A stretch of DNA of 64,000 nucleotides from an uncultured Gemmatimonadales bacterium (GTDB lineage Bacteria; Gemmatimonadota; Gemmatimonadetes; Gemmatimonadales; Gemmatimonadaceae), in NCBI GenBank assembly GCA_963793305.1, contig CAWBZV010000012.1, forward strand, positions 128,001 through 192,000, given 5' to 3'. Positions 40,665 through 50,525 of the stretch are shown piece after piece. Position numbers and translations under genes: made by a program. Below the pieces are notes generated by a model. It made no database searches and was not told the origin of the DNA. It worked only from the letters and a program-made list of their open reading frames with translations. Every line of letters begins with the position of its first letter. Positions within the stretch are counted from its first letter, which is position 1.

Positions 40665-40703
40665 CGCGAATGGTGATGAGAGGGTCCCTCATGTTAGGCC
40701 AGC

Positions 40704-42056
40704 ATGCGACGATGCATCCTTTCGATCATCTTCGCCGCCATGTCCGCGTGCTCGGCGGATAATGGGGTGACGACTCCCGCGCCGGGGACGAAAATCCGGC
40801 ACGTGATCATCATCATGCAGGAAAACCGGACGTTCGACACATACTTCGGAACGTATCCAGGCGCGGATGGGATCCCGATGCAGAATGGGGTCCCGCGCGA
40901 CTGCGTGCCCGACCCGGTACACTCGACCTGTATTTACCCCTATCACGATACCGCCAATGTGAACATCGGAGGCCCGCACAACGCCGCCGATGCGAGCCTC
41001 GATATCGACGGCGGCAAGATGGATGGATTCGTCGCCCGGGCGTTGCGGGTCAGCGCGACGTGCAAAAACCCGGAAGACCCGAATTGCCATGGCGGCACCG
41101 ACGTCATGGGCTACCACGACGACCGTGAGATCCCGAACTACTGGGCTTACGCGCAGGGCTTCGTGCTCCAGGACCGCATGTTCGAGCCGGCGGCCACGTG
41201 GAGCCTCCCCACGCACCTGTTCATGGTCTCCGCCTGGTCCGCGGTCTGCGAGATCGACCGGCCCATGACCTGCCAGAACGAGCTGGAGTCGCCCGCGGGT
41301 TACAGCGCCAAAGTTGGCGGTTGGACCGCCGCGAAATCCGGCGCGTATGCATGGACCGACATCACATATCTCTTGCACAAGGCTGGCATCAGTTGGAAGT
41401 ACTACGTCGCAAACGGCTCTCAGCCGGATTGCGACGACGACGGCGCGACATGTCCTGAGGCCCCGCAAAACACCTCGACGCCATCGATCTGGAATCCGTT
41501 GCCGAGCTTCACGACGGTGCGCGTCGATGGAGAGCTCGGGAACATCCAGGATGTCGAAGACTTCTATGAGGACGCGAAGCAAGGCCGCCTCCCCGAAGTC
41601 GCCTGGATCGTGCCGAATCAGCAGGTCAGCGAACACCCGCCGGCGAAGGTGAGCAACGGCGAGAAGTACGTCACCGGGTTGATCAACGCCATTATGCAGT
41701 CACCCCAATGGGATTCTACCGCGATCTTCCTGAGCTGGGATGACTGGGGCGGCTTCTACGATCACGTTGTGCCGCCGAAAATCGACGAGAACGGCTACGG
41801 GATCCGCGTCCCGGGACTCGTGATCAGCCCGTACGCGAAACAGGGCTACATTGATCATCAGATCCTGAGTCACGACGCCTATCTCAAGTTTATCGAGGAC
41901 GTGTTCCTCGCGAATCAGCGCATTGACCCGCGGACCGACGGGCGTCCCGATACCCGTCCCACCGTGCGCGAGTCGGTGCGCCTCCTCGGCGACCTGCGAA
42001 ACGACTTCGATTTCACGCAGCCGGCGCGGGCGCCGATGATACTGGCCCCCCGGTAG
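40704..42056 (+). CDS. Phosphoesterase (phospholipase C/acid phosphatase AcpA family), lipoprotein
   Basis: IMQENRTFDTYFG, SEHPP, WDDWGGFYDHV, GIRVPGLVISPY. Confidence 0.88.
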   Translation: MRRCILSIIFAAMSACSADNGVTTPAPGTKIRHVIIIMQENRTFDTYFGTYPGADGIPMQNGVPRDCVPDPVHSTCIYPYHDTANVNIGGPHNAADASLDIDGGKMDGFVARALRVSATCKNPEDPNCHGGTDVMGYHDDREIPNYWAYAQGFVLQDRMFEPAATWSLPTHLFMVSAWSAVCEIDRPMTCQNELESPAGYSAKVGGWTAAKSGAYAWTDITYLLHKAGISWKYYVANGSQPDCDDDGATCPEAPQNTSTPSIWNPLPSFTTVRVDGELGNIQDVEDFYEDAKQGRLPEVAWIVPNQQVSEHPPAKVSNGEKYVTGLINAIMQSPQWDSTAIFLSWDDWGGFYDHVVPPKIDENGYGIRVPGLVISPYAKQGYIDHQILSHDAYLKFIEDVFLANQRIDPRTDGRPDTRPTVRESVRLLGDLRNDFDFTQPARAPMILAPR

Positions 42057-42078
42057 GGGGCGGCATATTGTTGGGACC

Positions 42079-43404
42079 ATGCGCCCAACATGGCTGGCCG
42101 TCCTCGCGCTCGCCGGCGGCCTGACGCCGCCCTCGCTGTCGACAGAGGTGGACCGCCTCGCCTCCCAAGTGACGCCAAAAGTGGTCGCCTGGCGGCGCGA
42201 CATTCACCAACATCCCGAGCTCGGGAACCGCGAGTTTCGCACCTCGAAACTCGTGGCCGCGCATCTCCAGTCGCTCGGCCTCGAGGTCCGCTCGGGGCTC
42301 GCGCACACCGGCGTCGTCGGGATCCTCCGCGGCGGCAAACCGGGGCCCGTCGTCGCACTGCGCGCGGACATGGATGCGCTGCCGGTCACCGAGCCGGCCG
42401 GTCTTCCCTTCGCCTCGACGGAGCGAACGACCTACAACGGTCAAGACGTTGGGGTGATGCACGCGTGCGGACACGACAATCACGTGGCGATCTTGATGGG
42501 CGTCGCCGAAGTGCTCTCCGGCGTCAAGCAGCAATTGCCGGGGACCGTGATCTTCTTGTTTCAACCGGCCGAAGAGGGTGTCCCCGAAGGCGAGCAGGGC
42601 GGCGCGAAGCTCATGCTCGAGGAGGGCGCTTTTGATAATCCGAAGCCGAGCGCGGTGTTCGGCCTCCATGTCTGGCCGGGACCGGTCGGCAACATTTCGT
42701 ACTCGCCGCACGCATTCATGGCGAGCTCCGATGCCTTCACGATCATCGTGCATGGTCGCGCCACGCACGGCGCCATCCCATGGGCCGGCGTCGACCCGAT
42801 CGCGATATCGGCGCAGATCGTCACCGGCTTGCAGACGATCGTGAGCCGCCAGGTCAATCTCACGACCGGCGCGGCGATCGTCACGGTGGGCAGCATTCAC
42901 GGCGGCGTGCGCAACAACGTCATCTCCGACAGCGTCGTCATGACTGGCACGCTCCGGGCGTTCGACTCGACCACCCGGCGCATTGTGCGCGAGCGCGTCG
43001 TCCGCGAGGCCGAGTTGATCGCGCAGAGTGGCGGAGGGACGGCCAATGTGAAAATCGGCCAAGGGTATCCGGTAACGGTGAACGACCCGGCGCTGGTCGC
43101 GCGGATGCTGCCGACGTTACGCCGTGTCGTCGGCGACACGAACGTCGTGGAGATTCCGCCGGTGACCGTGTCCGAGGACTTCTCGTACTACGAGCAGCGG
43201 GTGCCCGGGTTTTTCTTTTTCTTGGGCGTCACGTCGCCGGATATCGACTGGCACACCGCGCCCGTGAATCATTCGCCCAAGTTCACCGCGGACGAGAGCG
43301 CGCTGCCGATCGGCGTGCGCGCACTCTCACACCTGGCCATCGATTACCTCACGGCGAGCCCAACAGGATCTTCTCGACTTCCTCGCGTCGGCGCCGGCCA
43401 ATAG
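42079..43404 (+). CDS. M20 family amidohydrolase
   Basis: HQHPELGNRE, LRADMDALP, MHACGHD, FQPAEEG, SEDFS. Confidence 0.9.
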   Translation: MRPTWLAVLALAGGLTPPSLSTEVDRLASQVTPKVVAWRRDIHQHPELGNREFRTSKLVAAHLQSLGLEVRSGLAHTGVVGILRGGKPGPVVALRADMDALPVTEPAGLPFASTERTTYNGQDVGVMHACGHDNHVAILMGVAEVLSGVKQQLPGTVIFLFQPAEEGVPEGEQGGAKLMLEEGAFDNPKPSAVFGLHVWPGPVGNISYSPHAFMASSDAFTIIVHGRATHGAIPWAGVDPIAISAQIVTGLQTIVSRQVNLTTGAAIVTVGSIHGGVRNNVISDSVVMTGTLRAFDSTTRRIVRERVVREAELIAQSGGGTANVKIGQGYPVTVNDPALVARMLPTLRRVVGDTNVVEIPPVTVSEDFSYYEQRVPGFFFFLGVTSPDIDWHTAPVNHSPKFTADESALPIGVRALSHLAIDYLTASPTGSSRLPRVGAGQ

Positions 43405-44113
43405 GGAGCGCGGCGCCGCTCGCCAGCACCGCCACGCGCTCGCCGTTCGGCAAGGTCTTGAGCTCGCGAACGAAGGCCGTGTTCACGATGGCCGTGCGGT
43501 GAACGCGGACGAACCGCGCCGGATCCAGTCGCTGCGCGATGCTCGCCAGCGACTCGCGAATCACGTACTCGCGATCGCTTACGGCGACACGCGCATACAC
43601 GTCATCTGATCGAATGCACTGAATCTCCTCGCAGGGGACGAGGATATCGCGATTGCCAATGCGCACCGCCAGCCGGCGAACCGGCGCCGTCGCTCCGTCG
43701 GCTACGAGGGCGGCCAATCGCCGCGTGAACGTCAGGTCCCGCGCTTCACCCACGCGCCGGCGCGCGTACTCCGTGGCGACGGCGAAACGCTCGGACGTGA
43801 CCGGCTTCATCAAGTAATCGATCGCGTGCACCGTGAAGGCCTTGAGCGCGAACGCATCGTAGGCCGTGACGAAAATGACCGGTGGCATCCGCTCGACCCC
43901 CCATTCGCGGACGACGCCGAATCCATCCAGCTCGGGCATCTGGACGTCGAGAAATACGAGATCCGGCTCGAGGGTCGCGAGTGCGTGCAGGGCCTCTTTC
44001 CCATCGCGGCACTCGCCGATTGGCCTCAAATCAGGGTGCTCAGCGATGAGCTGCAACAACGCCCGACGCGACAGCGGCTCATCGTCGACGACCAGCACAC
44101 GCATATCAGGCAT
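43349..44113 (-). CDS. LytTR family response regulator
   Basis: VVDDEP, FLDVQMP, DYLMKP, FVRVHRTAIVN. Confidence 0.92.
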   Translation of the reverse strand: MPDMRVLVVDDEPLSRRALLQLIAEHPDLRPIGECRDGKEALHALATLEPDLVFLDVQMPELDGFGVVREWGVERMPPVIFVTAYDAFALKAFTVHAIDYLMKPVTSERFAVATEYARRRVGEARDLTFTRRLAALVADGATAPVRRLAVRIGNRDILVPCEEIQCIRSDDVYARVAVSDREYVIRESLASIAQRLDPARFVRVHRTAIVNTAFVRELKTLPNGERVAVLASGAALPIGRRRREEVEKILLGSP

Positions 44114-45107
44114 AGGCGAGCGGCAATGTGATCGTCGCTATTGCCCCCGGCTTCCCTTCACCCAATTCGACTGTCGCATCGCCATACAATCGCCGGAGGC
44201 GCTCTCTGGTATTCGCCAACCCTAAACCCCCGTTGCCATTCCCGTTGGGGCCGGGTCCGTCGTCACTGACCGTCAGGATGAGGCGACCGGCCTCCCGTCT
44301 CGCGGCGATCTCTATGCGCCCGGCTTCTGTACGCTTGGCAATCCCGTGTCGAATCGCGTTCTCGACTATTGGCTGCAACACGAATGTCGGCACCCGTGCG
44401 TTTCTCAACTCGGCCGGCACACTCCAGGTCACCCGCAGCCGGTCCGAGAACCGTACTTCCATAATGCCGAGATATTGCTCGATGAACGTTATCTCTTCGC
44501 CGAGCGAGACCTCGTGCGCCGCATTGGCCGTGAGGACCGAGCGCAGGAGATCGCTCAGCCGCGCGAGCGTCGCGAGCGCACGCTTGGTTTCCTGGTCTCG
44601 CACCAGCGCGGTGATCGCGTTCAGGGTGTTGAACAAAAAGTGCGGCTGGATCTGCGCACGGAGCGCGCCAAGCTGGGCGACCGCGAGCTCCTCGCGAAAG
44701 ACGAGCGCGTACCCGATGCCGAGAACGCCGAAATAAGACAGCATGATGAGCGGCAGGCCGCTCAGCCACCAATCCAGGATGTAGATCGGCAATGCCTGCC
44801 GGGCCCGTCCGGTGGCCACGGACAGGAACGCCGCGACCGACGCGTAGAGCGTGCCGGCCACCAGGCTGGCCACCACATGGACGGCGACCGCGCTGGGACG
44901 AAGGCCGCGGTCGAGCGGAAACCGCCGTCCCAGGTGGAAGATCACCGGCGTCAATGCAGCCCATACGTACCATGGCGGGACCTCCGACAGGAGGACCCGC
45001 CACAAGGCCGTGCTGTGACCATTTTGCGCCAAGAACATTTCCGTTTCGAACACGGACAGGAGCGCAGGCACCGTCCAGATCGCGAGCACGACCCGCCAGC
45101 GGAGCAT
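44106..45107 (-). CDS. LytS/YehU-type membrane histidine kinase
   Basis: LRAQIQPHFLFNTLNAI, LQPIVENAIRHG, GLGLANTRERL; N-terminal TMs. Confidence 0.9.
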   Translation of the reverse strand: MLRWRVVLAIWTVPALLSVFETEMFLAQNGHSTALWRVLLSEVPPWYVWAALTPVIFHLGRRFPLDRGLRPSAVAVHVVASLVAGTLYASVAAFLSVATGRARQALPIYILDWWLSGLPLIMLSYFGVLGIGYALVFREELAVAQLGALRAQIQPHFLFNTLNAITALVRDQETKRALATLARLSDLLRSVLTANAAHEVSLGEEITFIEQYLGIMEVRFSDRLRVTWSVPAELRNARVPTFVLQPIVENAIRHGIAKRTEAGRIEIAARREAGRLILTVSDDGPGPNGNGNGGLGLANTRERLRRLYGDATVELGEGKPGAIATITLPLAYA

Positions 45108-45160
45108 ACTGAGAAGATACACTTGCGCCCGCCGTCCCCTAGTCAAATACTGGGGGTCCC

Positions 45161-45601
45161 TTGACTACCGAGACTGACCAGGAATTCTGGTCGCCGCTCA
45201 CCCCGCGCGACCCGATCACCGGTTTCCCCATCGCCTCCCGGGCGGGCCCGCTGGTCTTCGTGGCCGGCGTATCGGGCCTCGACACCCGGGGATCGGGGAG
45301 ACCACCGCTGGATACGCGCGGCCAGTGCCATCACGCGCTCGAAACACTGCGTCTGGTGCTGGCCACCGTCGACGTGTCCCTCGCCGACGTGTGCCTGATG
45401 ACGATCTACATCGCGAGCGAGGCGGACCGCCAGGAAGTCGTCGTGACCATGCGGGCCGCCTTTATCCCACGGCTGCCGGCGGCCACGTTCTTCGTCGTCC
45501 CACTCAAGCCCGATGAGCGCGTGCGGATCTCCGCGACCGCCGTCCGGGGCGAGGTCGTCGCCGGCGCACGCCGCAAACGCGTGCTCGGCACGCTCACGTA
45601 A
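45161..45601 (+). CDS. Rid (YjgF)-fold protein lacking the catalytic Arg
   Basis: AGPLVFVAGV, QCHHALETL, SLADV, but PAAT and VRISATA replace PAR and VEI. Confidence 0.65.
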   Translation: MTTETDQEFWSPLTPRDPITGFPIASRAGPLVFVAGVSGLDTRGSGRPPLDTRGQCHHALETLRLVLATVDVSLADVCLMTIYIASEADRQEVVVTMRAAFIPRLPAATFFVVPLKPDERVRISATAVRGEVVAGARRKRVLGTLT

Positions 45602-45612
45602 TCGGCGCCGTC

Positions 45613-46407
45613 GTGACGGACGCGCTGGTGGTGCTCATCCATGCGATTGCCACGCGCGCGCGCGCGGCGGTCGGGGCGCTCTTTTCCGTCGTTGCCGCGA
45701 TTGGCCGATTGGTGCGCAGCGCGGCGGCGCCGTCGAGCGCCGGATGGCTCATGCGGCGCGTCGCGGTGCAGCAGTTGCGATTCACGGCCGTCCAGGCCAT
45801 CCCACTCGTCGCGGCCGTCGCCGCATGTCTGGGTGCGACGGTGACCCTCGAAGCCCACGCCCGGGCCGCCCAGTTGGGACTGTCGGAGACCGTCGCCCGA
45901 ACACTCGGCGTCCTGGTCGTGCGCGACGCCGGACCGCTCCTCGCGGCGGTCATCGTCACGGCCCGCTCCGGTACCGCGATCGCCGCCGAGCTCGCGACCA
46001 GTCGCCTGCTCGGCGAGACCGATGCGCTCGCCGGCATGGGCGTCGACCTCGTGCAGTTCTATGTCATCCCGCGCATCGTCGGCGTCGCCATCGCGACCGC
46101 ACTGCTGACGGTGTACTTCGTCGCGATCACCTTGGGCGTCGCGGTCGCGATGGCGTCGCTCAGGGGCATCGCGACCGTCGCCGCGTACACCGACACGTTG
46201 CGCGGCGTGCTCCGGCCCGATGACCTCTTTTGGTCGGCCGTACGAGGTGGCGCGTTCGGCGCGGGCGTCGCGTGGCTCAGCGCCGCCGTGGGTCTGCGTG
46301 GGCGCGGCGGTCAGGCGGACGTCCCTCGCGCGGTGACGCATGCGGCGGTCCGTTCGATCATGCTGCTCGCGGTGACGACGGCGGTGTTCGTGGCCATCTG
46401 GTCATGA
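45613..46407 (+). CDS. MlaE family ABC permease
   Basis: VRDAGPLLAAVIVTARSGTAIAAELA...ETDALAGMG...PRI; DVPRAVTHAAV. Confidence 0.85.
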   Translation: MTDALVVLIHAIATRARAAVGALFSVVAAIGRLVRSAAAPSSAGWLMRRVAVQQLRFTAVQAIPLVAAVAACLGATVTLEAHARAAQLGLSETVARTLGVLVVRDAGPLLAAVIVTARSGTAIAAELATSRLLGETDALAGMGVDLVQFYVIPRIVGVAIATALLTVYFVAITLGVAVAMASLRGIATVAAYTDTLRGVLRPDDLFWSAVRGGAFGAGVAWLSAAVGLRGRGGQADVPRAVTHAAVRSIMLLAVTTAVFVAIWS

Positions 46408-47063
46408 CGGCGATTCGGCTGCGCGGTGTCTGTCCCGCCGATGATACCGAGTGGTGCCGGCCAACCGATATCGAGATCGCCGACGGCGCGTTTTTCGTGA
46501 TTCGCACGACGCCGAATCGGGCGCGGCGCCTGGCACGATTCGTCCTCGGCCTCGACGAGCCGGCCGAAGGGACGGTCGAAGTCCTCGGGCTCGAGTTGCA
46601 CACCGCGAGCCGCGCGGGATTGGACCGCGTCCGTCGCTCCGTCGGCAGCGTCTTGCAGCCTGACGGGCTCATGGGCACGTTCACGCTCGAAGCCAACCTC
46701 GCCCTGGCGGCTTCCGTGCGCGGAGCACTGCACGCGGGCGCTTCGCGCACCGCCGCCCGCGAGATGCTCGGGCGGTGTGGACTGGCCGAGATCGCGAGAA
46801 CGCGGCCCGGGGCGTTGTCACCCGACGTGCGCGAGACGGCCGCTCTGGCGCGGGCGCTGGTGTGCCGACCGGCGATGGTCGTGCTCGACGATCCCATTTC
46901 GGCCGTCAAGTCTCGCACGGCGTTCGAGCTATACCAGCTCTGCCGGGAAATCGCGCGCACGGTCGTGATCCTCACGCATCGCCGCAACGACGCGCTCTAT
47001 GATCTCGCGGACGTCGTCGCGCTCTGGGACTCCGAGGGATTCCGGACCGATGCCGCGGCTTGA
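46404..47063 (+). CDS. MlaF-like ABC ATPase with degenerate catalytic motifs
   Basis: ABC fold recognisable (GLDEPAEGTVEVLG, VGSVLQ, LARAL...VVLDDP, ILTH), but Walker A and LSGGQ are absent. Confidence 0.7.
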   Translation: MTAIRLRGVCPADDTEWCRPTDIEIADGAFFVIRTTPNRARRLARFVLGLDEPAEGTVEVLGLELHTASRAGLDRVRRSVGSVLQPDGLMGTFTLEANLALAASVRGALHAGASRTAAREMLGRCGLAEIARTRPGALSPDVRETAALARALVCRPAMVVLDDPISAVKSRTAFELYQLCREIARTVVILTHRRNDALYDLADVVALWDSEGFRTDAAA

Positions 47064-47940
47064 TAAGGGCGACATTGTGGTCGGCCTCGCCGTGCTCGTG
47101 GCGTTCGGCCTCGCCGCTGGCGCGATGGTGTGGTTGTCGTCGCCCCTGAGAAGAGACACCGGAGCGGGGTCGCTGTACACAGAGTTCCCCGAGCTGGCGA
47201 ACCTCTCGGTGCAGAATGCCGTGATGCTCAAGGGCTTCAAGATCGGAGCGGTCGACGAGATCACGCCTCGCATTTCGTCCAACGGCAATCTCGTGTTTCG
47301 CGTGCGGATGAGCATCCAATGGCGCCTCGCCGATAGCACACGATTGCCGCTGACCACGGGGACGCTGGCCCATCTGGAGCCACCGCCAGTGGTGGGAGAT
47401 CCGTCGATCGTGCTCTATCTGCCGCCGGCCGGCGGACGGCTGCTCGCGCCTGGCGCAACGATCGACGGGACCGTCGGGATATCGCCTATCACCGAAGTCG
47501 TTGCGCTCGCCGATAGTCTCGAGAGCCAACTCAAGCTCACGCTCGGCAAAACCCGCGGCGTGCTCGACTCGCTCTCCATGGCGGCGGGCCTCGCCGCGCA
47601 CGGCGTGCGGTCGACCAATACGGCGATCCCGGTCGTCGTCGCGGGCATCTCCCGCGACATCGCGACGCTGGACAGCGCGATCGCCAGCCTCCGTGGCGTC
47701 ATGGGTCCGACGGCAGCGACGGCGGACTCCGCGCGCGCACTGCTCGGTGCGTCGCGCCGCGCGATCGACCAGCTATCGGGGTCGGTCCAGGGCCACGACG
47801 CGAACATCGCCCGCATCATCGCCAACCTCGACACGACGTTGGCCCTGCTGCAGGACTTCGTGCGTCAGATCGAGGCCAAGCCCACGCGCTTACTGACTGG
47901 CGTGACGCCGGCCCCGAAGTTCAACCGGCCGATCCACTAG
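47050..47940 (+). CDS. MlaD/MCE family protein
   Basis: N-terminal TM, AVMLKGFKIGAVDEI MCE motif, long helical C-terminus ending KPTRLLTG. Confidence 0.78.
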   Translation: MPRLDKGDIVVGLAVLVAFGLAAGAMVWLSSPLRRDTGAGSLYTEFPELANLSVQNAVMLKGFKIGAVDEITPRISSNGNLVFRVRMSIQWRLADSTRLPLTTGTLAHLEPPPVVGDPSIVLYLPPAGGRLLAPGATIDGTVGISPITEVVALADSLESQLKLTLGKTRGVLDSLSMAAGLAAHGVRSTNTAIPVVVAGISRDIATLDSAIASLRGVMGPTAATADSARALLGASRRAIDQLSGSVQGHDANIARIIANLDTTLALLQDFVRQIEAKPTRLLTGVTPAPKFNRPIH

Positions 47941-48266
47941 GTCCGTTCGACCGCGATCGCCGTCCCGTAGCACAACACTTCGGTCGTCCCCCGCAACACC
48001 TCGGTCGCGTCGTAGCGCACGCCGATCACCGCGTTGGCGCCCATCTCGTCGGCGTGTCGACACATGATCTCGAACGCCTCGATGCGGGTCCGCTCGCAGA
48101 GCTGCGTAAACAGCGTGATGTTTCCGCCGATCAGCGTCTGCAACGAGCCGCCGATCGTGCCGAACACCGACCGTGACCGGACCGTGATGCCGCGCACGAT
48201 GCCGAGCGTGCGCACCGTCCGGAAGCCTTCCAGCGAGAACGCCGTCGTCGTCATCTGAACGTCCAT
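47937..48266 (-). CDS. YbjQ/UPF0145 family protein
   Basis: LGIVRG...GANAVIGVRYD...EVLCYGTA. Confidence 0.88.
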   Translation of the reverse strand: MDVQMTTTAFSLEGFRTVRTLGIVRGITVRSRSVFGTIGGSLQTLIGGNITLFTQLCERTRIEAFEIMCRHADEMGANAVIGVRYDATEVLRGTTEVLCYGTAIAVERT

Positions 48267-48270
48267 GTCG

Positions 48271-49584
48271 TCACCTGTCGAATGCGAGGCGTATTGGTGC
48301 GAGCTTGCCGCTCATCGTGATCTCGACCGCGGGCGCGGGATCACCACCGGCCGCGATTTGGGCTGCCGTGTACTCGCCGATGATGCCGAAATCGAACCCG
48401 GAGAACCAGAGGTCGCCACTGTCGTCGAACGCGACGCCAGTGACGTAGTCATGGAACGAGTGTGGGCCCTCGGGCGGCGTGAAGAAACGGACGACCTGCG
48501 GCGATCCCGTCGATGTGAGTGCGCTGGCTGCGATCTCGTAGATGCCTTGGCCGGCGACCCACAGGTTGCCTTGGTTGTCGAACGCGAGGCCCGTCGGCGT
48601 GACGATGGAACTGTCGCTCGTGGGATTTGGTAAGGCCGGCGTGAGGGTGACGGCGGGCGTCGGAGTGCCGGATGCCGTGACTTGGGCCGCCGAATACTCG
48701 ATGACGTTCCCGGTAAACTGCTGAGCGATCCAGAGATTGCCCGACGCATTGATTGCGATGCCAATGGGATTGTTGCCATTCTGGAAGTTCGCATGCTCGG
48801 GCGGACCGTCGTGGATCGTCACGGTGGGCGAGGCGGTGCCGCTGACGAGCTGTCCTGGCGTCAGCTCGATGATCGTACCGGCCCACTGGTTGACGACCCA
48901 CAGGTTGTGATGGGCGTCGAAGCGCAGCGCGATCGGCCCGGCACTGTCGCTCGGCATCGTGATGGTGATGGCCGGCGTCGGGCCGCCCGATGTCGCCAAC
49001 TGCGCGGGCGTGAGCTCGACGACGGTATTGGAGTTCTGGTTCGCGATCCAGAGATTCCCGGCACTGTCGAACACCGCGTCACTGGCATCGAGGTTATAGC
49101 TGGCCGTCGTCGCCAACGTCAACGTCGTGACTGGCGTCGGCGCGCCGGTCGAGCGCAGCTGCGCGGCGCTGTACGACTGAGCGGCACTCGGAATCCCACC
49201 GTTCACGTACGGGAAGCCGCCGACGACCCACGCGGCGCCGCTACCTGGCCGGACGGCATAGGTCACGGTGGCCGTCGCCGTGGCGCTCGCGGTGACCAAC
49301 GCCGGGCTGCCCATGACCGTCGCGACATACGCGGCCGGAACGATCGAATCGTGGCCCAGTACTGTCGCGGCGCTGACGGTGTAGCTGCCGGGTGGCAGCC
49401 CGGTCAACGTCGTCGTCGCTGTCACGGTCTTGCTGTACGACTGCGGTCCGGCAACAACGACGGATGGCGTCGTGCCGGCCGGCGCCGTGATCGTCACGGT
49501 CAGGCTCCCGGAGCCGGGACTGGTGCTATTCGACGACGAGCACGCGGCCAAGATCCCACACAACAGAAGAGTGCGGAGACGCAT
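48271..49584 (-). CDS. Lipoprotein with NHL-like beta-propeller repeats
   Basis: Lipobox LAAC; repeated FD.xGNLW(I/V)A and TP(A/T)VT(L/I) units. Confidence 0.7.
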   Translation of the reverse strand: MRLRTLLLCGILAACSSSNSTSPGSGSLTVTITAPAGTTPSVVVAGPQSYSKTVTATTTLTGLPPGSYTVSAATVLGHDSIVPAAYVATVMGSPALVTASATATATVTYAVRPGSGAAWVVGGFPYVNGGIPSAAQSYSAAQLRSTGAPTPVTTLTLATTASYNLDASDAVFDSAGNLWIANQNSNTVVELTPAQLATSGGPTPAITITMPSDSAGPIALRFDAHHNLWVVNQWAGTIIELTPGQLVSGTASPTVTIHDGPPEHANFQNGNNPIGIAINASGNLWIAQQFTGNVIEYSAAQVTASGTPTPAVTLTPALPNPTSDSSIVTPTGLAFDNQGNLWVAGQGIYEIAASALTSTGSPQVVRFFTPPEGPHSFHDYVTGVAFDDSGDLWFSGFDFGIIGEYTAAQIAAGGDPAPAVEITMSGKLAPIRLAFDR

Positions 49585-49630
49585 GTCCAAATACTGGCGC
49601 CACCGTCGCCCGCTCGCCACTTTCCGTTAC

Positions 49631-50005
49631 ATGACCTCCAAGACGAGTGCGACCTGGTTTCGCTGGAACGACATGCCGAAGGAGACGCTGTCGGACACTC
49701 TCGCGCGCCGACTGATCACGGGCGATCAGATGATGCTGGCGCACGTGTACCTCAAGAAGGGCTGCGTGGTGCCGAAGCACTCGCATCACAACGAGCAACT
49801 CACCTACATCCTCGAAGGTGCGCTCCAGTTTACGCTCGGCGAGAATCAGGACGAGCAGGTGCTGGTCAAGGCAGGCGAGGTGCTGCTGATCCCGTCGAAT
49901 TTGCCGCACATGGCGGTCGCGGTCGAGGATACGCTCAACGTCAACGTCTTTTCGCCGCCGCGGCAGGACTGGATCGACAAGACCGACTCCTATCTCCGCC
50001 GCTAG
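49631..50005 (+). CDS. Cupin domain protein
   Basis: PKHSHHNEQLTYILEG...IPSNLPH...FSPPRQDW. Confidence 0.88.
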   Translation: MTSKTSATWFRWNDMPKETLSDTLARRLITGDQMMLAHVYLKKGCVVPKHSHHNEQLTYILEGALQFTLGENQDEQVLVKAGEVLLIPSNLPHMAVAVEDTLNVNVFSPPRQDWIDKTDSYLRR

Positions 50006-50006
50006 A

Positions 50007-50467
50007 ATCGTCTTTGCCGCCCCGGCCAGCGGGTCGGGAAAACCACCGTCGATGCCCTGCTCGACATCGCGCGGTCAGCGCCCTCGCTGAATGTCGATGT
50101 ACCGCCCGCGGTCGTCTCGGGCCCACGCGCCGTGATCGGAGTCGCGAGGGATACCGCGTTCAGTTTCGGCGGATATCCCGAGCTGCACGCCGCGGCCTTG
50201 TCGGCCAATACGACGATGATCGCGGCGGTCCGCGCATTCCGTGGGCGGATCTACGCTGAATGCGGAGGTCTCATGTATCTCTGCGAAGGCATGGCGGGAG
50301 TCATTCCGGCCGTCGCCGAGATGAGCCCGAAGCTGACGCTGGGATATCGTGAGCTCGAGGCGCTGGCGGACTCGCCGCTGGCGGTCGCCGGGCAGCGGTT
50401 GCGGGGGCACGAGTTTCATTACTCGACGATCACGAGTCGTCAACCCTTGCCACCCGCGAACGGTTAG
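50007..50467 (+). pseudogene. cbiA: Remnant of cobyrinate a,c-diamide synthase with internal deletions
   Basis: [12 protein letters not shown](TTV) joined directly to the linker [19 protein letters not shown] joined to [24 protein letters not shown]. No start codon. Confidence 0.75.
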
Positions 50468-50525
50468 TTAACGCCGCGCAAAGACCGGTCGTCTGAAGGG
50501 GAACATCACCCTAAAGGAGACCCAA

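Noticed and set aside
50455..50520. Possible c-di-GMP-I or cobalamin riboswitch after the cbiA remnant
   Set aside because: Only a CGCAAAG fragment resembles the motif. The required paired stems are not evident and the region is too short.
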